A stretch of DNA of 64,000 nt, from contig JBFMDO010000043.1 in NCBI GenBank assembly GCA_040753615.1, positions 12,607 through 76,606 on the forward strand, in the 5' to 3' direction. Origin of the DNA: Nitrospirota bacterium. Its GTDB lineage: Bacteria > Nitrospirota > Thermodesulfovibrionia > Thermodesulfovibrionales > SM23-35. The position numbers and the translations under genes were made by a program. This document shows, piece by piece, positions 47,141 to 57,520 of the stretch. Positions within the stretch are counted from its first letter, which is position 1. Each line of letters opens with the position of its first letter. Under the pieces are notes generated by a model, which was not told the origin of the DNA, ran no database searches, and saw nothing but the letters and a program-made list of their open reading frames with translations.

Positions 47141-48505
47141 TTACTTTATCCCATATTTTTGAAGTCTGTGTCGGAATGATCTAAAAGATAGATTTAAAAG
47201 TTTTGCTGCATCTGTCTTTACACCATTTGTTATTTCAAGTGCCTTAAGAAGATATCTTCTCTCAATATCTCCGATGACTTCATCAAGATCAACCCCTTTA
47301 GATGTAAGGTCTAAAGCGTATTTTTTATCACGTGCATATTCAAATATCTCTGCAGGCAGGTCTGCAGGAGTTACCTCGTCTTTATCCACAAGAAGTGCAA
47401 GCCGTTCAACGATATTTTCTAATTCCCTGACATTACCTTTCCAGAAATAGTCCATCAAAAATTTCATTGCATCGGGTGTAATCTTTTTGGGTTTTGCAGA
47501 TGTTTTCCTTAAAAAGTGCTCTATAAGTAATGGGATATCCTCTATTCTATCTCTTAGCGGAGGTATATTTATAGGAACTCCATTCAATCTATAAAATAAA
47601 TCTTCCCTGAATCTTCCTGCTGCAATCTCTTCCTTGACATCTTTATTTGTGGACGAAATAATCCTTACATTAACCTTTATGTCAGATGTCCCGCCAACAC
47701 GTCTGAAAGTTCCATTCTCTATAACCCTTAGTAGTTTTGCCTGAAGGTTAATCGGCATTTCTACGATTTCATCGAGCAAAACACTCCCTCCATCTGCTAT
47801 CTCAAACAGACCCTGTTTGTTATATACAGCACCAGTAAATGCGCCCTTCATATGCCCGAAAAGTTCTGATTCAAGAAGTCCTTCAGGGAATGCTGCACAG
47901 TTTATTGTTACAAAATTCTTATCTCTTCTATTGCTCAGGTTGTGCAATGCATTCGCAACTAATTCTTTCCCAGAACCACTTTCACCTATTATCAAAACAT
48001 TTGAATTGCTTTGAGCAATTTTAGGAATCATTGTGAATAATTCCTGCATCTTGGGGCTTTTTCCTATAATATTTTCAAGTGCATAAGCTGTTTTTACTTT
48101 CTCTCTTAATAATGAAAGTTCTTCCCTCAGCCTTTTCTTTTCGATCGCCTTTCTTACAATTAATCTGATTTCATCTATCTTGAAGGGTTTATTGATATAA
48201 TCATAGGCGCCTGATTTCATGGCCTCGATTGCTGTTTCAGTTGTTCCAAAGGCTGTTATTATTATTACAATAGTATCCGGGGCTACTTCTTTTGTTTTCT
48301 TCAGGAGTCCAAAACCGTCAACATGAGGCATTTTCAAGTCTGTTATAACAAGGTCAAAAATATCCTTATCTATATATGACAGTCCTTCAAGCCCATCAGA
48401 GGCTGTAGTTACCTCATAACCCTCTTCCTCTAAGAGGATCTTGATTACCTCGCGCATATTTTTTTCGTCTTCTACTACCAGTATCTTCCCTTTATTTTTT
48501 CCCAT
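47141..48505 (-). CDS. pilR: Sigma54-dependent response regulator (PilR/NtrC family)
   Basis: Receiver domain, GESGSGKE, ESELFGH.KGAFTGA, FREDLFYRL, HTH; downstream of pilS/pilC. Confidence 0.85.
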   Translation of the reverse strand: MGKNKGKILVVEDEKNMREVIKILLEEEGYEVTTASDGLEGLSYIDKDIFDLVITDLKMPHVDGFGLLKKTKEVAPDTIVIIITAFGTTETAIEAMKSGAYDYINKPFKIDEIRLIVRKAIEKKRLREELSLLREKVKTAYALENIIGKSPKMQELFTMIPKIAQSNSNVLIIGESGSGKELVANALHNLSNRRDKNFVTINCAAFPEGLLESELFGHMKGAFTGAVYNKQGLFEIADGGSVLLDEIVEMPINLQAKLLRVIENGTFRRVGGTSDIKVNVRIISSTNKDVKEEIAAGRFREDLFYRLNGVPINIPPLRDRIEDIPLLIEHFLRKTSAKPKKITPDAMKFLMDYFWKGNVRELENIVERLALLVDKDEVTPADLPAEIFEYARDKKYALDLTSKGVDLDEVIGDIERRYLLKALEITNGVKTDAAKLLNLSFRSFRHRLQKYGIK

Positions 48506-50093
48506 CTGTCCTCGGCAATATAATCTCAAAAGTTGTTCCTAAACCGGGACCGCTGTCCACATTCATCCTGCCTTTATGTTCTTCTATTATCTTATATGCT
48601 ATTGCAAGTCCAAGTCCTGTACCATAATCTTTTGTAGTATAAAACGGATAAAAAATTTTTTCTAAGTCATCCTCTTTTATTCCAATCCCTGAATCCCTGA
48701 AACTTATGCCTATTTTATCGCCCATGTTTCTTGTAGAAACAATAAGTTCTCCACCTTCAGGCATTGCCTCTATAGCATTCAAGGCGAGGTTCCAGAATAC
48801 CTGCCTCATCTTTTGCGGATCCGCATTAATTTCAAGTATCCCATTATAATTCTTCTTTACAGTAACATATCCTTTTTTCTGTTCACTGCTCTTGAAGAGT
48901 TCTAATGTATCATCAAGAAGCTCATGCAGATTAAATCTTTTGACCTCCAATTGTGAAGGTCGTGAATATATCAAAAAATCAGTTATAATCTTGTCGAGAC
49001 GATCCATCTCATTCAGGGCAATATCCATAAGTTTGTCCTTATATGGTCCTACTACTGTATCTTCTTTAAGTATCTCTATAGAACCCCTTAAAGATGCAAG
49101 GGGATTTTTGATCTCATGGGCAATATTTGATGAAAGTTCTCCTATCGTTGCCCATTTCTCTTTCTGCTTCATTTCTGCTTCAAGTCTTTTAAACTCTGTA
49201 AGATCCTGGAAAATTACTATAAATCCTCTATCATCAACTTCGTTTATACTTCGCAGCGCACAGATATTAAGTCCAATTATCCGCTGTGTATCATTAATCA
49301 ACATTTGCTCCTCTTTGCGTCCTTCTAAAAAAGGGAATTTAAAAAATGGTAAAACCGAATCTATCTTTTTGCCTACTATGGATATCCTATCTACGCCTGT
49401 TATCTTTTCAGCAGCACGATTAAAAATTAATACATTGCCATCTGTATCGGTTGTAAATAATCCACTCGGCAGATTCTCTATCACTTCCTTGTTAAAAAAC
49501 TCGAGGTCCCGCAGATTAATATCTTTCTCCTCAATTTTTTGTTCTGCTTTTTCAAGTCTCGACGAAAGATATCCGCTGAGATAAGCTGTAAGATAAAAAG
49601 AGATTATATGGACAAATACATTATAAAGATAATTTTTCTCTGCAGTCATACCTATATTAAAATGTATAACTCCATAATACTGAAAATTTATAAATGTCCC
49701 GTATAAAATGCTGCTAACAGTTGAGATCACATATCCGGCCCTTTTATTCAATACTATACTCGACGATATCACAGTAAGTATAAGGGTAAAAGAAAACCAG
49801 CTTTCAATCCCACCTGTAATATAAATAAGGAACATCCCAAAAAATACATCAATTATTAATTGTGCATATGCGAATATAACAAGGTTCTTTACTTTTTTAA
49901 TGAGGAGAGAATAGATAATAGTAACAATATACAGCGAAATTATTAGATAAGATAATAATTTAAGATTGATAAACTCTTCATATCCCTTAAAGAGAAAAGA
50001 TGCGCCGAGAAGGAGTGTAACAAAAATGACCCTGAAGACTATCAGGGCATTTATCTTTTTTCTTAAGGTGGTGACATGTTCTAACATCTCCAA
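48492..50093 (-). CDS. pilS: PilS-type membrane PAS histidine kinase
   Basis: N-terminal TMs with TGG..S.F, PAS, AHEIKNPL, N/G1/F/G2 boxes. Confidence 0.85.
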   Translation of the reverse strand: MEMLEHVTTLRKKINALIVFRVIFVTLLLGASFLFKGYEEFINLKLLSYLIISLYIVTIIYSLLIKKVKNLVIFAYAQLIIDVFFGMFLIYITGGIESWFSFTLILTVISSSIVLNKRAGYVISTVSSILYGTFINFQYYGVIHFNIGMTAEKNYLYNVFVHIISFYLTAYLSGYLSSRLEKAEQKIEEKDINLRDLEFFNKEVIENLPSGLFTTDTDGNVLIFNRAAEKITGVDRISIVGKKIDSVLPFFKFPFLEGRKEEQMLINDTQRIIGLNICALRSINEVDDRGFIVIFQDLTEFKRLEAEMKQKEKWATIGELSSNIAHEIKNPLASLRGSIEILKEDTVVGPYKDKLMDIALNEMDRLDKIITDFLIYSRPSQLEVKRFNLHELLDDTLELFKSSEQKKGYVTVKKNYNGILEINADPQKMRQVFWNLALNAIEAMPEGGELIVSTRNMGDKIGISFRDSGIGIKEDDLEKIFYPFYTTKDYGTGLGLAIAYKIIEEHKGRMNVDSGPGLGTTFEIILPRTDGKK

Positions 50094-50142
50094 TATTTTA
50101 AGCTTTTACACGTATAAAAATAATAAACTTTTTCCTCAATAT

Positions 50143-50227
50143 TGAAGCTCTCCTGGCAAGCTCGGAGAGCTTGACTTCATTACATGGATGCTGGCTTTCG
50201 TCTCCGACTTTTAGTCCGGGAGCTTCA
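50143..50227. repeat. Palindromic element resembling IS200/IS605 end hairpins
   Basis: TGAAGCTC...GAGCTTCA termini; internal CCGACT-TTT-AGTCCGG hairpin. Confidence 0.5.
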
Positions 50228-51442
50228 CTATCCTCCACCCGCTACTGTTGCTAACTTGAATATTGGGAGATACATTGCAACGACTATGAAACCAACAGCA
50301 CCGCCAAGAAATACCATAAGTATTGGCTCCATCATTGAAGTAAGTGCTGATACTGCTGAATCAACTTCGTCGTCATAAAAATCAGCAATCTTTCCAAGCA
50401 TTGCATCCAGTGCACCTGTTGATTCACCAACTGCTATCATGTGCGTTACCATTGGAGGAAATACCTTTGCCTTTGTAATAGGCTCTGCAAGTGTTTTCCC
50501 TCCTACAACCCCTTTTCTAACTTCCATAATAGCATCCTCTATCACCTTGTTACCTGAAGTCTTTGCTGTTATCTCAAGTCCATCAAGTATTGGCACACCA
50601 CTACTTACAAGCGTCCCGAGAGTTCGTGTAAATTTTGCTACAGCAACCTTATTAAGGATCATGCCAAATATAGGAAGCTTAAGAAATATTCTATCCGTTA
50701 CCCTTTTACCCTTTTCGCTTCTTCGAAACTGGATAATCAACATAATAGCAGCGACTATTATCCCAAGCGTTATTAAACCGCGTATACTTGCAATAAAATT
50801 ACTCATGTTAATAACGATCTTTGTTGGAAGGGGCATGGCTACTCCAGACTCAGCAAACATCTTTGCAAATTGCGGGACAACAGCTAACATTATAACAGTA
50901 ATTACAAGGACAGCAATCGTTACAACAACCGCAGGATAGACCATTGCACCCTTAACCTTTTTCTTCAGGTTCATTGCCTTTTCTATATATCCTGCCAACC
51001 TGTTAAGTATTGTATCCAGAATACCGCCTGCCTCACCTGCTGCAACCATATTTATATATAATTCACTAAATGTTTTTGGATGTTTCCTGAGCGAATCAGC
51101 ATATGTAGAGCCAGCTTCAACGTCTACTTTTACCTGCGCGAGAGTCTTCCCAAAAGATTTATTTTCAACCTGTGTGGAAAGTATCTCAAGTGCCTGTACA
51201 AGTGGGAGCCCTGCATCGATCATCGTAGCAAACTGTCTTGTAAAAACAACAATATCTTTATCCTTTACTCTCCCTCCAAGTTTCACCTTGCCAACTTTTT
51301 TGGGTTTTTCGATTATCAACGTAGGGACAATATTTTTCCTTCTCAGTTGTGCTGCTACATCTTCCTTTGAAGCCGCGGTTATCTCTCCTGATTCAACAAT
51401 GCCCCTCGGGGTTTTACCTGACCATTGGAATACAGTAGCCAT
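50228..51442 (-). CDS. pilC: Type IV pilus platform protein PilC
   Basis: FTRQFATMIDAGLP, AGE.GG.LD.IL.RLA, VGESTG.LD.ML. Confidence 0.95.
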   Translation of the reverse strand: MATVFQWSGKTPRGIVESGEITAASKEDVAAQLRRKNIVPTLIIEKPKKVGKVKLGGRVKDKDIVVFTRQFATMIDAGLPLVQALEILSTQVENKSFGKTLAQVKVDVEAGSTYADSLRKHPKTFSELYINMVAAGEAGGILDTILNRLAGYIEKAMNLKKKVKGAMVYPAVVVTIAVLVITVIMLAVVPQFAKMFAESGVAMPLPTKIVINMSNFIASIRGLITLGIIVAAIMLIIQFRRSEKGKRVTDRIFLKLPIFGMILNKVAVAKFTRTLGTLVSSGVPILDGLEITAKTSGNKVIEDAIMEVRKGVVGGKTLAEPITKAKVFPPMVTHMIAVGESTGALDAMLGKIADFYDDEVDSAVSALTSMMEPILMVFLGGAVGFIVVAMYLPIFKLATVAGGG

Positions 51443-51443
51443 T

Positions 51444-52538
51444 TTATGCCCTCCCTCGTATAGAACCTGCTGCTGCGGTCCTCTGAAGCATTGGAACTAT
51501 CTCTTCTATCACAGGTGACCTTGCAACAGCATCTTCATATGATATAAGTCCTTTTGAATAAAGCTCAACTAATGACTGGTTCATAGTCTGCATACCGAAT
51601 TTTGCCTGTCCTGTCTGCATCATTGAATAAACCTGATGTATTTTGTCTTCTCTTATAAGGTTCCTTATGGCAGGATTTGGAACAAGCAGTTCAATGGCAA
51701 GAACCCTGCCTTTTCCGGATTTTTTAGCAATAAGTTGTTGGGCAAGTATGGCTTCAAGTACAAAGGATAGCTGGACCCTTACCTGTTCCTGTTGATGGGG
51801 TGGAAAAACATCAATAATACGGTTTATCGTCTGTACAGCAGAATTTGTATGGAGTGTAGCAAATGTTAAGTGTCCTGTTTCAGAAACCGTAAGTGCCGCC
51901 TCTATTGTCTCAAGGTCGCGCATCTCACCTATAAGAACTACATCCGGATCCTGTCTAAGGATATATTTCAGCGCTGTTTTAAATGAAGTGGTATCTGCAT
52001 TCACTTCCCTCTGATTGATCAGGCATTTTTTATGTCCGTGAAGATATTCTATTGGATCTTCTACTGTTATAATGTGATCACTTCTTTCTTCATTTATTTT
52101 ATCAACCATAGCAGCAAGTGTAGTAGATTTACCAGATCCTGTAGGACCTGTAACAAGAATTAATCCCCTGGGCCTTTTTACGAGTTCATTCATGATCTCG
52201 GGTAAGCCAAGATCTCTAAAACTCTTGATCTCAAAAGGAATGGTTCTAAATGCCCCGGCTACCGCACCTCTTTGCATAAATATATTTGCCCTGAACCTGC
52301 TTAATCCTTTAACCCCAAAAGAGAGGTCAAGTTCACTATGCTCCTCAAATTTATGTTTTTGTGCATCGGTAAGCACGCTGTAGCAGAGCGTCTTTGTGTC
52401 CGCAGGTGTCAAGGGCGGCTGATCAGTCTCTACAAGCTTGCCATCTATCCTCAATCTCGGTGGACTGCCTGTTGTTATATGGAGGTCTGATGCGTTTCTT
52501 TCTATCATTATTTTCAACAGGTCATAAAGAGTTGCCAT
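51444..52538 (-). CDS. pilT: Type IV pilus retraction ATPase PilT
   Basis: ASDLH, GPTGSGKST, EDPIEY, LRQDPD, AIRNLIRE. Confidence 0.96.
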   Translation of the reverse strand: MATLYDLLKIMIERNASDLHITTGSPPRLRIDGKLVETDQPPLTPADTKTLCYSVLTDAQKHKFEEHSELDLSFGVKGLSRFRANIFMQRGAVAGAFRTIPFEIKSFRDLGLPEIMNELVKRPRGLILVTGPTGSGKSTTLAAMVDKINEERSDHIITVEDPIEYLHGHKKCLINQREVNADTTSFKTALKYILRQDPDVVLIGEMRDLETIEAALTVSETGHLTFATLHTNSAVQTINRIIDVFPPHQQEQVRVQLSFVLEAILAQQLIAKKSGKGRVLAIELLVPNPAIRNLIREDKIHQVYSMMQTGQAKFGMQTMNQSLVELYSKGLISYEDAVARSPVIEEIVPMLQRTAAAGSIRGRA

Positions 52539-52572
52539 TTATTTCACTTCCTCCTCAATATTATATATATTT

Positions 52573-54378
52573 TTAATCTCCAAATGTAACTCTCATAATT
52601 TCTTCTATCGACATAACGCCTTCTTTCACTTTGGTAAGACCGCTCATTCTTAACGTCTTCATTCCAAGCCTTATAGCAGTTTTCTTTATCTCATCTCCTG
52701 ACGCACCCTCGAGAACCATCTCCTTTATCTCAGAACCAACAGGCATGATCTCATATATGGCTAATCTACCTTTATAGCCTGAATTATTACATATAGGACA
52801 TCCTTTGCCTTTATAACACTTAACAGTGTTCGCCTCTTCTTCTGGGAAGCCCAGCTTTATAAGTGAAGATATGGGAACCTTTTCTTCTTCCCTGCACTCT
52901 TTGCATATCTTCCTGGCAAGCCTTTGTGCTGCTATAAGGATTACCGAAGCTGATACAAGAAATGGTTCAATGCCCATATTCAGCAGTCTGCTTATGCTGC
53001 TCGGGGCGTCATTTGTATGCAGGGTGCTCAAGACAAGATGTCCTGTCAAAGCTGCTTTAACCGCAATCTCTGCTGTCTCAAAATCACGTATCTCGCCAAC
53101 CAGTATAATATCAGGGCTTTGCCGCAAGAAAGCCCTTAGGGCTGTAGCAAAAGTAAGCCCTATCTCCTCTTTCATCTGTACCTGATTCATCCCTGTAAAA
53201 TTATATTCGACAGGGTCTTCAGCAGTCATTATATTAAGCCCGGGTTTATTAAGATAACTCAAAGCAGAATAGAGGGTGGTTGTCTTACCACTCCCTGTAG
53301 GACCTGTAACAAGTATCATACCGTATGGTTTATCTATCGCTTCCATAAACTTTTTTATCTGGTCTTCTTCAAATCCAAGCTTTGTAAGATCTATCTGGAG
53401 GTTAGACTTATCGAGAATCCTCATAACGGTCTTTTCGCCAAAAAGACACGGCAGAACAGATACACGAAAATCTATCTCTCTTTTTTTCCCGAGTCTCAAT
53501 TTAATTCTCCCATCCTGTGGAAGCCTTCTTTCGGCAATATCGAGTTTCGACATTATCTTGAGTCTTGAGGTTACAGAATTCTTTATTTTTACAGGAAGAT
53601 TCATTGCTGTAAAAAGCACTCCATCAACCCTGTATCTTACCCTCAAAACATTCTCAAATGGCTCTATATGTATATCACTCGCTCCGCCTTTTATAGCATT
53701 TATAAGGATACCATTAACAAGTTTTACTATTGGTTCATCAACTTCTCCTTCTGCTGCTTCTTCTTTCTCAATATATGCCTCCACACTATCAAGCGCATCT
53801 CCAACAACCTTGTCAAAATCATCAACATCAATCATGCTGCCTTCCTCAAATGAGGTTGTTGTACCTTCATCTTTAAGATCTTCATCCGAAAGCGTATAAT
53901 CCTTTGCCTGTACCATCTGTGACGTCTTCTTCGCAGCAACAAGTGCTTCACCTTTACTCCCATAATACTGGGATATAGATTGTAATATAGATGACTCGCT
54001 CGCAACTACTACATCTACATTATATCCTGTCATAAACTTTATATCGTCTATCGCAAATACATTGGACGGATCTGCCATCGCTACTGTCAATGTCGCCCCT
54101 ACCCTCGCAACAGGCATTATAAGATACTTCCTCGCTATCTCTATAGGTATGAGCTTTAAAACCAATGATTCAATCTTGTAATCAGATAGGTTTATCGCTG
54201 GAACTCCATATTGCCTGCTCAAAAATGTGATGAGCTTTTCTTCTGTTACATATCCCAGCCTTACAAGGTTCGTCCCTAATCTACCGCCTTCTCTCCTCTG
54301 ATGATTCAGTGCCTCCCTTAATTGGCTCTCAGTAATAATATTTGAGGCTACCAGAAGCTGTCCTAATTTAGCTGCCAT
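52573..54378 (-). CDS. pilB: Type IV pilus extension ATPase PilB (copy 1)
   Basis: MshEN-like N-terminus, ASDIHIEP, GPTGSGKT, Zn tetracysteine, GYKGR. Confidence 0.95.
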   Translation of the reverse strand: MAAKLGQLLVASNIITESQLREALNHQRREGGRLGTNLVRLGYVTEEKLITFLSRQYGVPAINLSDYKIESLVLKLIPIEIARKYLIMPVARVGATLTVAMADPSNVFAIDDIKFMTGYNVDVVVASESSILQSISQYYGSKGEALVAAKKTSQMVQAKDYTLSDEDLKDEGTTTSFEEGSMIDVDDFDKVVGDALDSVEAYIEKEEAAEGEVDEPIVKLVNGILINAIKGGASDIHIEPFENVLRVRYRVDGVLFTAMNLPVKIKNSVTSRLKIMSKLDIAERRLPQDGRIKLRLGKKREIDFRVSVLPCLFGEKTVMRILDKSNLQIDLTKLGFEEDQIKKFMEAIDKPYGMILVTGPTGSGKTTTLYSALSYLNKPGLNIMTAEDPVEYNFTGMNQVQMKEEIGLTFATALRAFLRQSPDIILVGEIRDFETAEIAVKAALTGHLVLSTLHTNDAPSSISRLLNMGIEPFLVSASVILIAAQRLARKICKECREEEKVPISSLIKLGFPEEEANTVKCYKGKGCPICNNSGYKGRLAIYEIMPVGSEIKEMVLEGASGDEIKKTAIRLGMKTLRMSGLTKVKEGVMSIEEIMRVTFGD

Positions 54379-54392
54379 AATCCACCATTTAT

Positions 54393-56198
54393 TTAATCAC
54401 CAAATGTCACCCTCAAAACTTCTTCTACAGCAGTGACTCCATCTTTTATTTTAGACAGACCGCTCATCCTTAAAGTCTTCATTCCAAGCCTTATAGCAGT
54501 CTTTTTTAATTCATCCGCTGATGCACCTTCAAGGATCATCTCTTTAATCTCTTCTTTAAGGGGCATAACTTCATAAAGTGCTATCCTTCCTTTATACCCA
54601 GAATTATTGCATACAGGACATCCTTTGCCTTTATAACATTTAACCGTCTTCGCTTCTTCTTCTGAAAAGCCGAGACTTACAAGTGCAGAGGTAGAAAGCT
54701 TCTCTTCTTCTTTACATTCTGTGCATATTTTTCTGACAAGTCTTTGCGAAGCAATAAGGATTACCGAAGCTGATACGAGAAATGGTTCAATACCCATATT
54801 CAATAATCTGCTTATAGTACCCGGTGCATCATTTGTATGCAGGGTGCTCAAGACAAGATGTCCTGTCAAAGCTGCTTTAACCGCAATCTCTGCTGTCTCA
54901 AAATCACGTATCTCGCCAACCATGATTATATCAGGGTCCTGTCTGAGAAATGACCTTAATGCTGAAGCGAATGTAAGTCCTATATCTTCTTTTACATGGA
55001 CCTGATTTATACCAAAAAAATTATACTCAACAGGATCCTCAGCAGTTGATATATTCACACCTATCTTATTGAGATAATTCAATGCAGAATAAAGGGTGGT
55101 TGTCTTGCCACATCCTGTAGGACCTGTAACAAGTATCATACCGTATGGTTTATCCAGTCCATTTTTGAAATCCTCGAGCGTATCCTCATCGAATCCAAGC
55201 TTTGTAAGGTCAACCTGCAGGTTAGATTTATCAAGAAGTCTTAAGACTACTCTTTCACCAAACAAACATGGAACAGTAGAGACACGAAAATCTATCTCTC
55301 TTTTTTTCCCGAATTTAAGTTTAATCCTACCGTCCTGTGGCAGTCTCCTTTCAGAAATATCAAGGTTTGACATTATCTTTACCCTTGAGGCTATCGCTGC
55401 CTTTATCTTTACAGGCAGGCTCATAACAGTATACATAACGCCGTCAACCCGCTGTCTTACCCTTAAGGTATTCTCATACGGTTCTATATGTATATCACTC
55501 GCTCTTTCCTTTATAGCATTCACAAGTATTCCATTAACAAGTTTTACTATCGGCTGTTCTACCTCTCTTACCGTATCTTCTTCACTCTCTTCTACTACCT
55601 CAACTTCATCGAGGGCTTTATCTACTACCTTGTCAAACTCATCAACATCAATCATGCTGCCTTCCTCAAATGAGGTTGTTATACCTTCATCTTTAAGATC
55701 TTCATCCGAAAGCGTATAATCCTTTGCCTGTACCATCTGTGACGTCTTCTTCGCAGCAACAAGTGCTTCACCTTTACTCCCATAATACTGGGATATAGAT
55801 TGTAATATAGATGACTCGCTCGCAACTACTACATCTACATTATATCCTGTCATAAACTTTATATCGTCTATCGCAAATACATTGGACGGATCTGCCATCG
55901 CTACTGTCAATGTCGCCCCTACCCTCGCAACAGGCATTATAAGATACTTCCTCGCTATCTCTATAGGTATGAGCTTTAAAACCAATGATTCAATCTTGTA
56001 ATCAGATAGGTTTATCGCTGGAACTCCATATTGCCTGCTCAAAAATGTGATGAGCTTTTCTTCTGTTACATATCCCAGCCTTACAAGGTTCGTCCCTAAT
56101 CTACCGCCTTCTCTCCTCTGATGATTCAGTGCCTCCCTTAATTGGCTCTCAGTAATAATATTTGAGGCTACCAGAAGCTGTCCTAATTTAGCCGCCAT
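54393..56198 (-). CDS. pilB: Type IV pilus extension ATPase PilB (copy 2)
   Basis: As copy 1; Walker A GPTGCGKT. Confidence 0.95.
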   Translation of the reverse strand: MAAKLGQLLVASNIITESQLREALNHQRREGGRLGTNLVRLGYVTEEKLITFLSRQYGVPAINLSDYKIESLVLKLIPIEIARKYLIMPVARVGATLTVAMADPSNVFAIDDIKFMTGYNVDVVVASESSILQSISQYYGSKGEALVAAKKTSQMVQAKDYTLSDEDLKDEGITTSFEEGSMIDVDEFDKVVDKALDEVEVVEESEEDTVREVEQPIVKLVNGILVNAIKERASDIHIEPYENTLRVRQRVDGVMYTVMSLPVKIKAAIASRVKIMSNLDISERRLPQDGRIKLKFGKKREIDFRVSTVPCLFGERVVLRLLDKSNLQVDLTKLGFDEDTLEDFKNGLDKPYGMILVTGPTGCGKTTTLYSALNYLNKIGVNISTAEDPVEYNFFGINQVHVKEDIGLTFASALRSFLRQDPDIIMVGEIRDFETAEIAVKAALTGHLVLSTLHTNDAPGTISRLLNMGIEPFLVSASVILIASQRLVRKICTECKEEEKLSTSALVSLGFSEEEAKTVKCYKGKGCPVCNNSGYKGRIALYEVMPLKEEIKEMILEGASADELKKTAIRLGMKTLRMSGLSKIKDGVTAVEEVLRVTFGD

Positions 56199-56321
56199 AA
56201 TTTAACATATATAAAAATCTTAGTATTGTCAACTCAAGAACTCAAACAGGTTAAGACATTACAAACATTGTCTGCCCTCATGGTATATTAACTAAAAACA
56301 AATGTTATGTTAGGATAAATT

Positions 56322-56756
56322 ATGTCGATTAATCGTCCAAATGGAATACCTTCTACAAATGACACTGAGAGAGCCGAACGGCTGAGATTAGTTATTGAAG
56401 CATTAAATGAAATAAATAAAAAAATTCCAGTTATTGTAGAAGGCAAAAAAGATGCGTCTGCCTTACGAAAATTGGGACTTGTCGGCGAGATTATTATACT
56501 TCACAGGGGTAAAAATATTTATGATTTTTGTTCTGAAATCGAAGAAATTTTTCCAGGAGTTATTATCCTCGTTGACTGGGATAAAAGCGGTGATAATCTT
56601 CACAAGACCTTATCCGAATATCTTAAAGGGCGCTGGGAAAAATTTTCTTGGTTCCGAGATCTTTTAAAGATGCTCTGCCAGAAAGATATAAGCGATATCG
56701 AGGGGATTCCAAAGCTTATCAGGAGACTTGAAGGTGACAAAAATCCTTGGCGATAA
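56322..56756 (+). CDS. Small TOPRIM domain protein
   Basis: VIVEGKKD..AL..LG, ILVDWDKSG. Confidence 0.85.
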   Translation: MSINRPNGIPSTNDTERAERLRLVIEALNEINKKIPVIVEGKKDASALRKLGLVGEIIILHRGKNIYDFCSEIEEIFPGVIILVDWDKSGDNLHKTLSEYLKGRWEKFSWFRDLLKMLCQKDISDIEGIPKLIRRLEGDKNPWR

Positions 56757-57087
56757 AGGCGAAGACTTTGCAGTAAAATTTCTGAAAGAAAAAGGATATA
56801 AAATAATCAGACGAAACTATAGGAGCACAATCGGTGAGATAGATATCATTGCAAAAGATGGCGATACTATAGTATTTATAGAAGTAAAAACAAGAACAAA
56901 TATCTCTTTTGGATATCCATTTGAGGCTATAAATACAAAAAAAAGGCAAAAGCTGAAAAACTTGGCTTTGCTCTATTTAAAACAACAAAAAGAAGAGTTT
57001 TCTGTCAGGTTTGATATAGTGAGCATCTTCTGCGCGGATAATGGGAAAAACAAGGTTGAACATATTAAGGATGCATTTGAGGTATAA
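56728..57087 (+). CDS. yraN: YraN family (UPF0102) nuclease-like protein
   Basis: G..GE..A..FL...GY.II.RN.R...GEIDIIA, VFIEVKTR, RFDIV. Confidence 0.92.
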   Translation: MKVTKILGDKGEDFAVKFLKEKGYKIIRRNYRSTIGEIDIIAKDGDTIVFIEVKTRTNISFGYPFEAINTKKRQKLKNLALLYLKQQKEEFSVRFDIVSIFCADNGKNKVEHIKDAFEV

Positions 57088-57100
57088 AAGCTTCTTAAAA

Positions 57101-57520
57101 CTACACAGATGGCTTTTCTGATGTCTTTTTCTCTGATTTTCCTTCTTTTGATTTCTTTAAATCTTCATAATCAACAAATTCAAGCACAGCCATAGGTGAG
57201 GAATCTTTAACCCTATTTCTCGTTTGTATAATCCTAAGATATCCGCCGTTTCTTCCTGACATCCTCGGTGCTATCTCACTAAAGAGTTTAGCTATAACAT
57301 ATCTGTTAGGTATATACGAGAGAGCAAGTCGTTTTGAATGTAAATCCCCTTTGATGCCGAGTGTTATTATTTTTTCCGCAATGCTCTTTGCTGCCTTCGC
57401 CTTTGCAACCGTCGTCTCGATCCTTTCCTGTTCAAGCAAAGAAAATACCAGCCCCCTCAATAAAGCCTTCCTCTGATTTGCAGTCCTTCCGAATAATCTG
57501 CCATCAACTCTATGTCGCAT
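57101..57520 (-). CDS. rplQ: 50S ribosomal protein L17
   Basis: MRHR..GR..GRT...RKALL, R.GGY.RI. Confidence 0.97.
   Translation of the reverse strand: MRHRVDGRLFGRTANQRKALLRGLVFSLLEQERIETTVAKAKAAKSIAEKIITLGIKGDLHSKRLALSYIPNRYVIAKLFSEIAPRMSGRNGGYLRIIQTRNRVKDSSPMAVLEFVDYEDLKKSKEGKSEKKTSEKPSV

Noticed and set aside
25463-55719. Long antisense ORFs (25463-26143, 48892-49584, 53276-53899, 55096-55719)
   Set aside because: Shadow frames of well-supported genes
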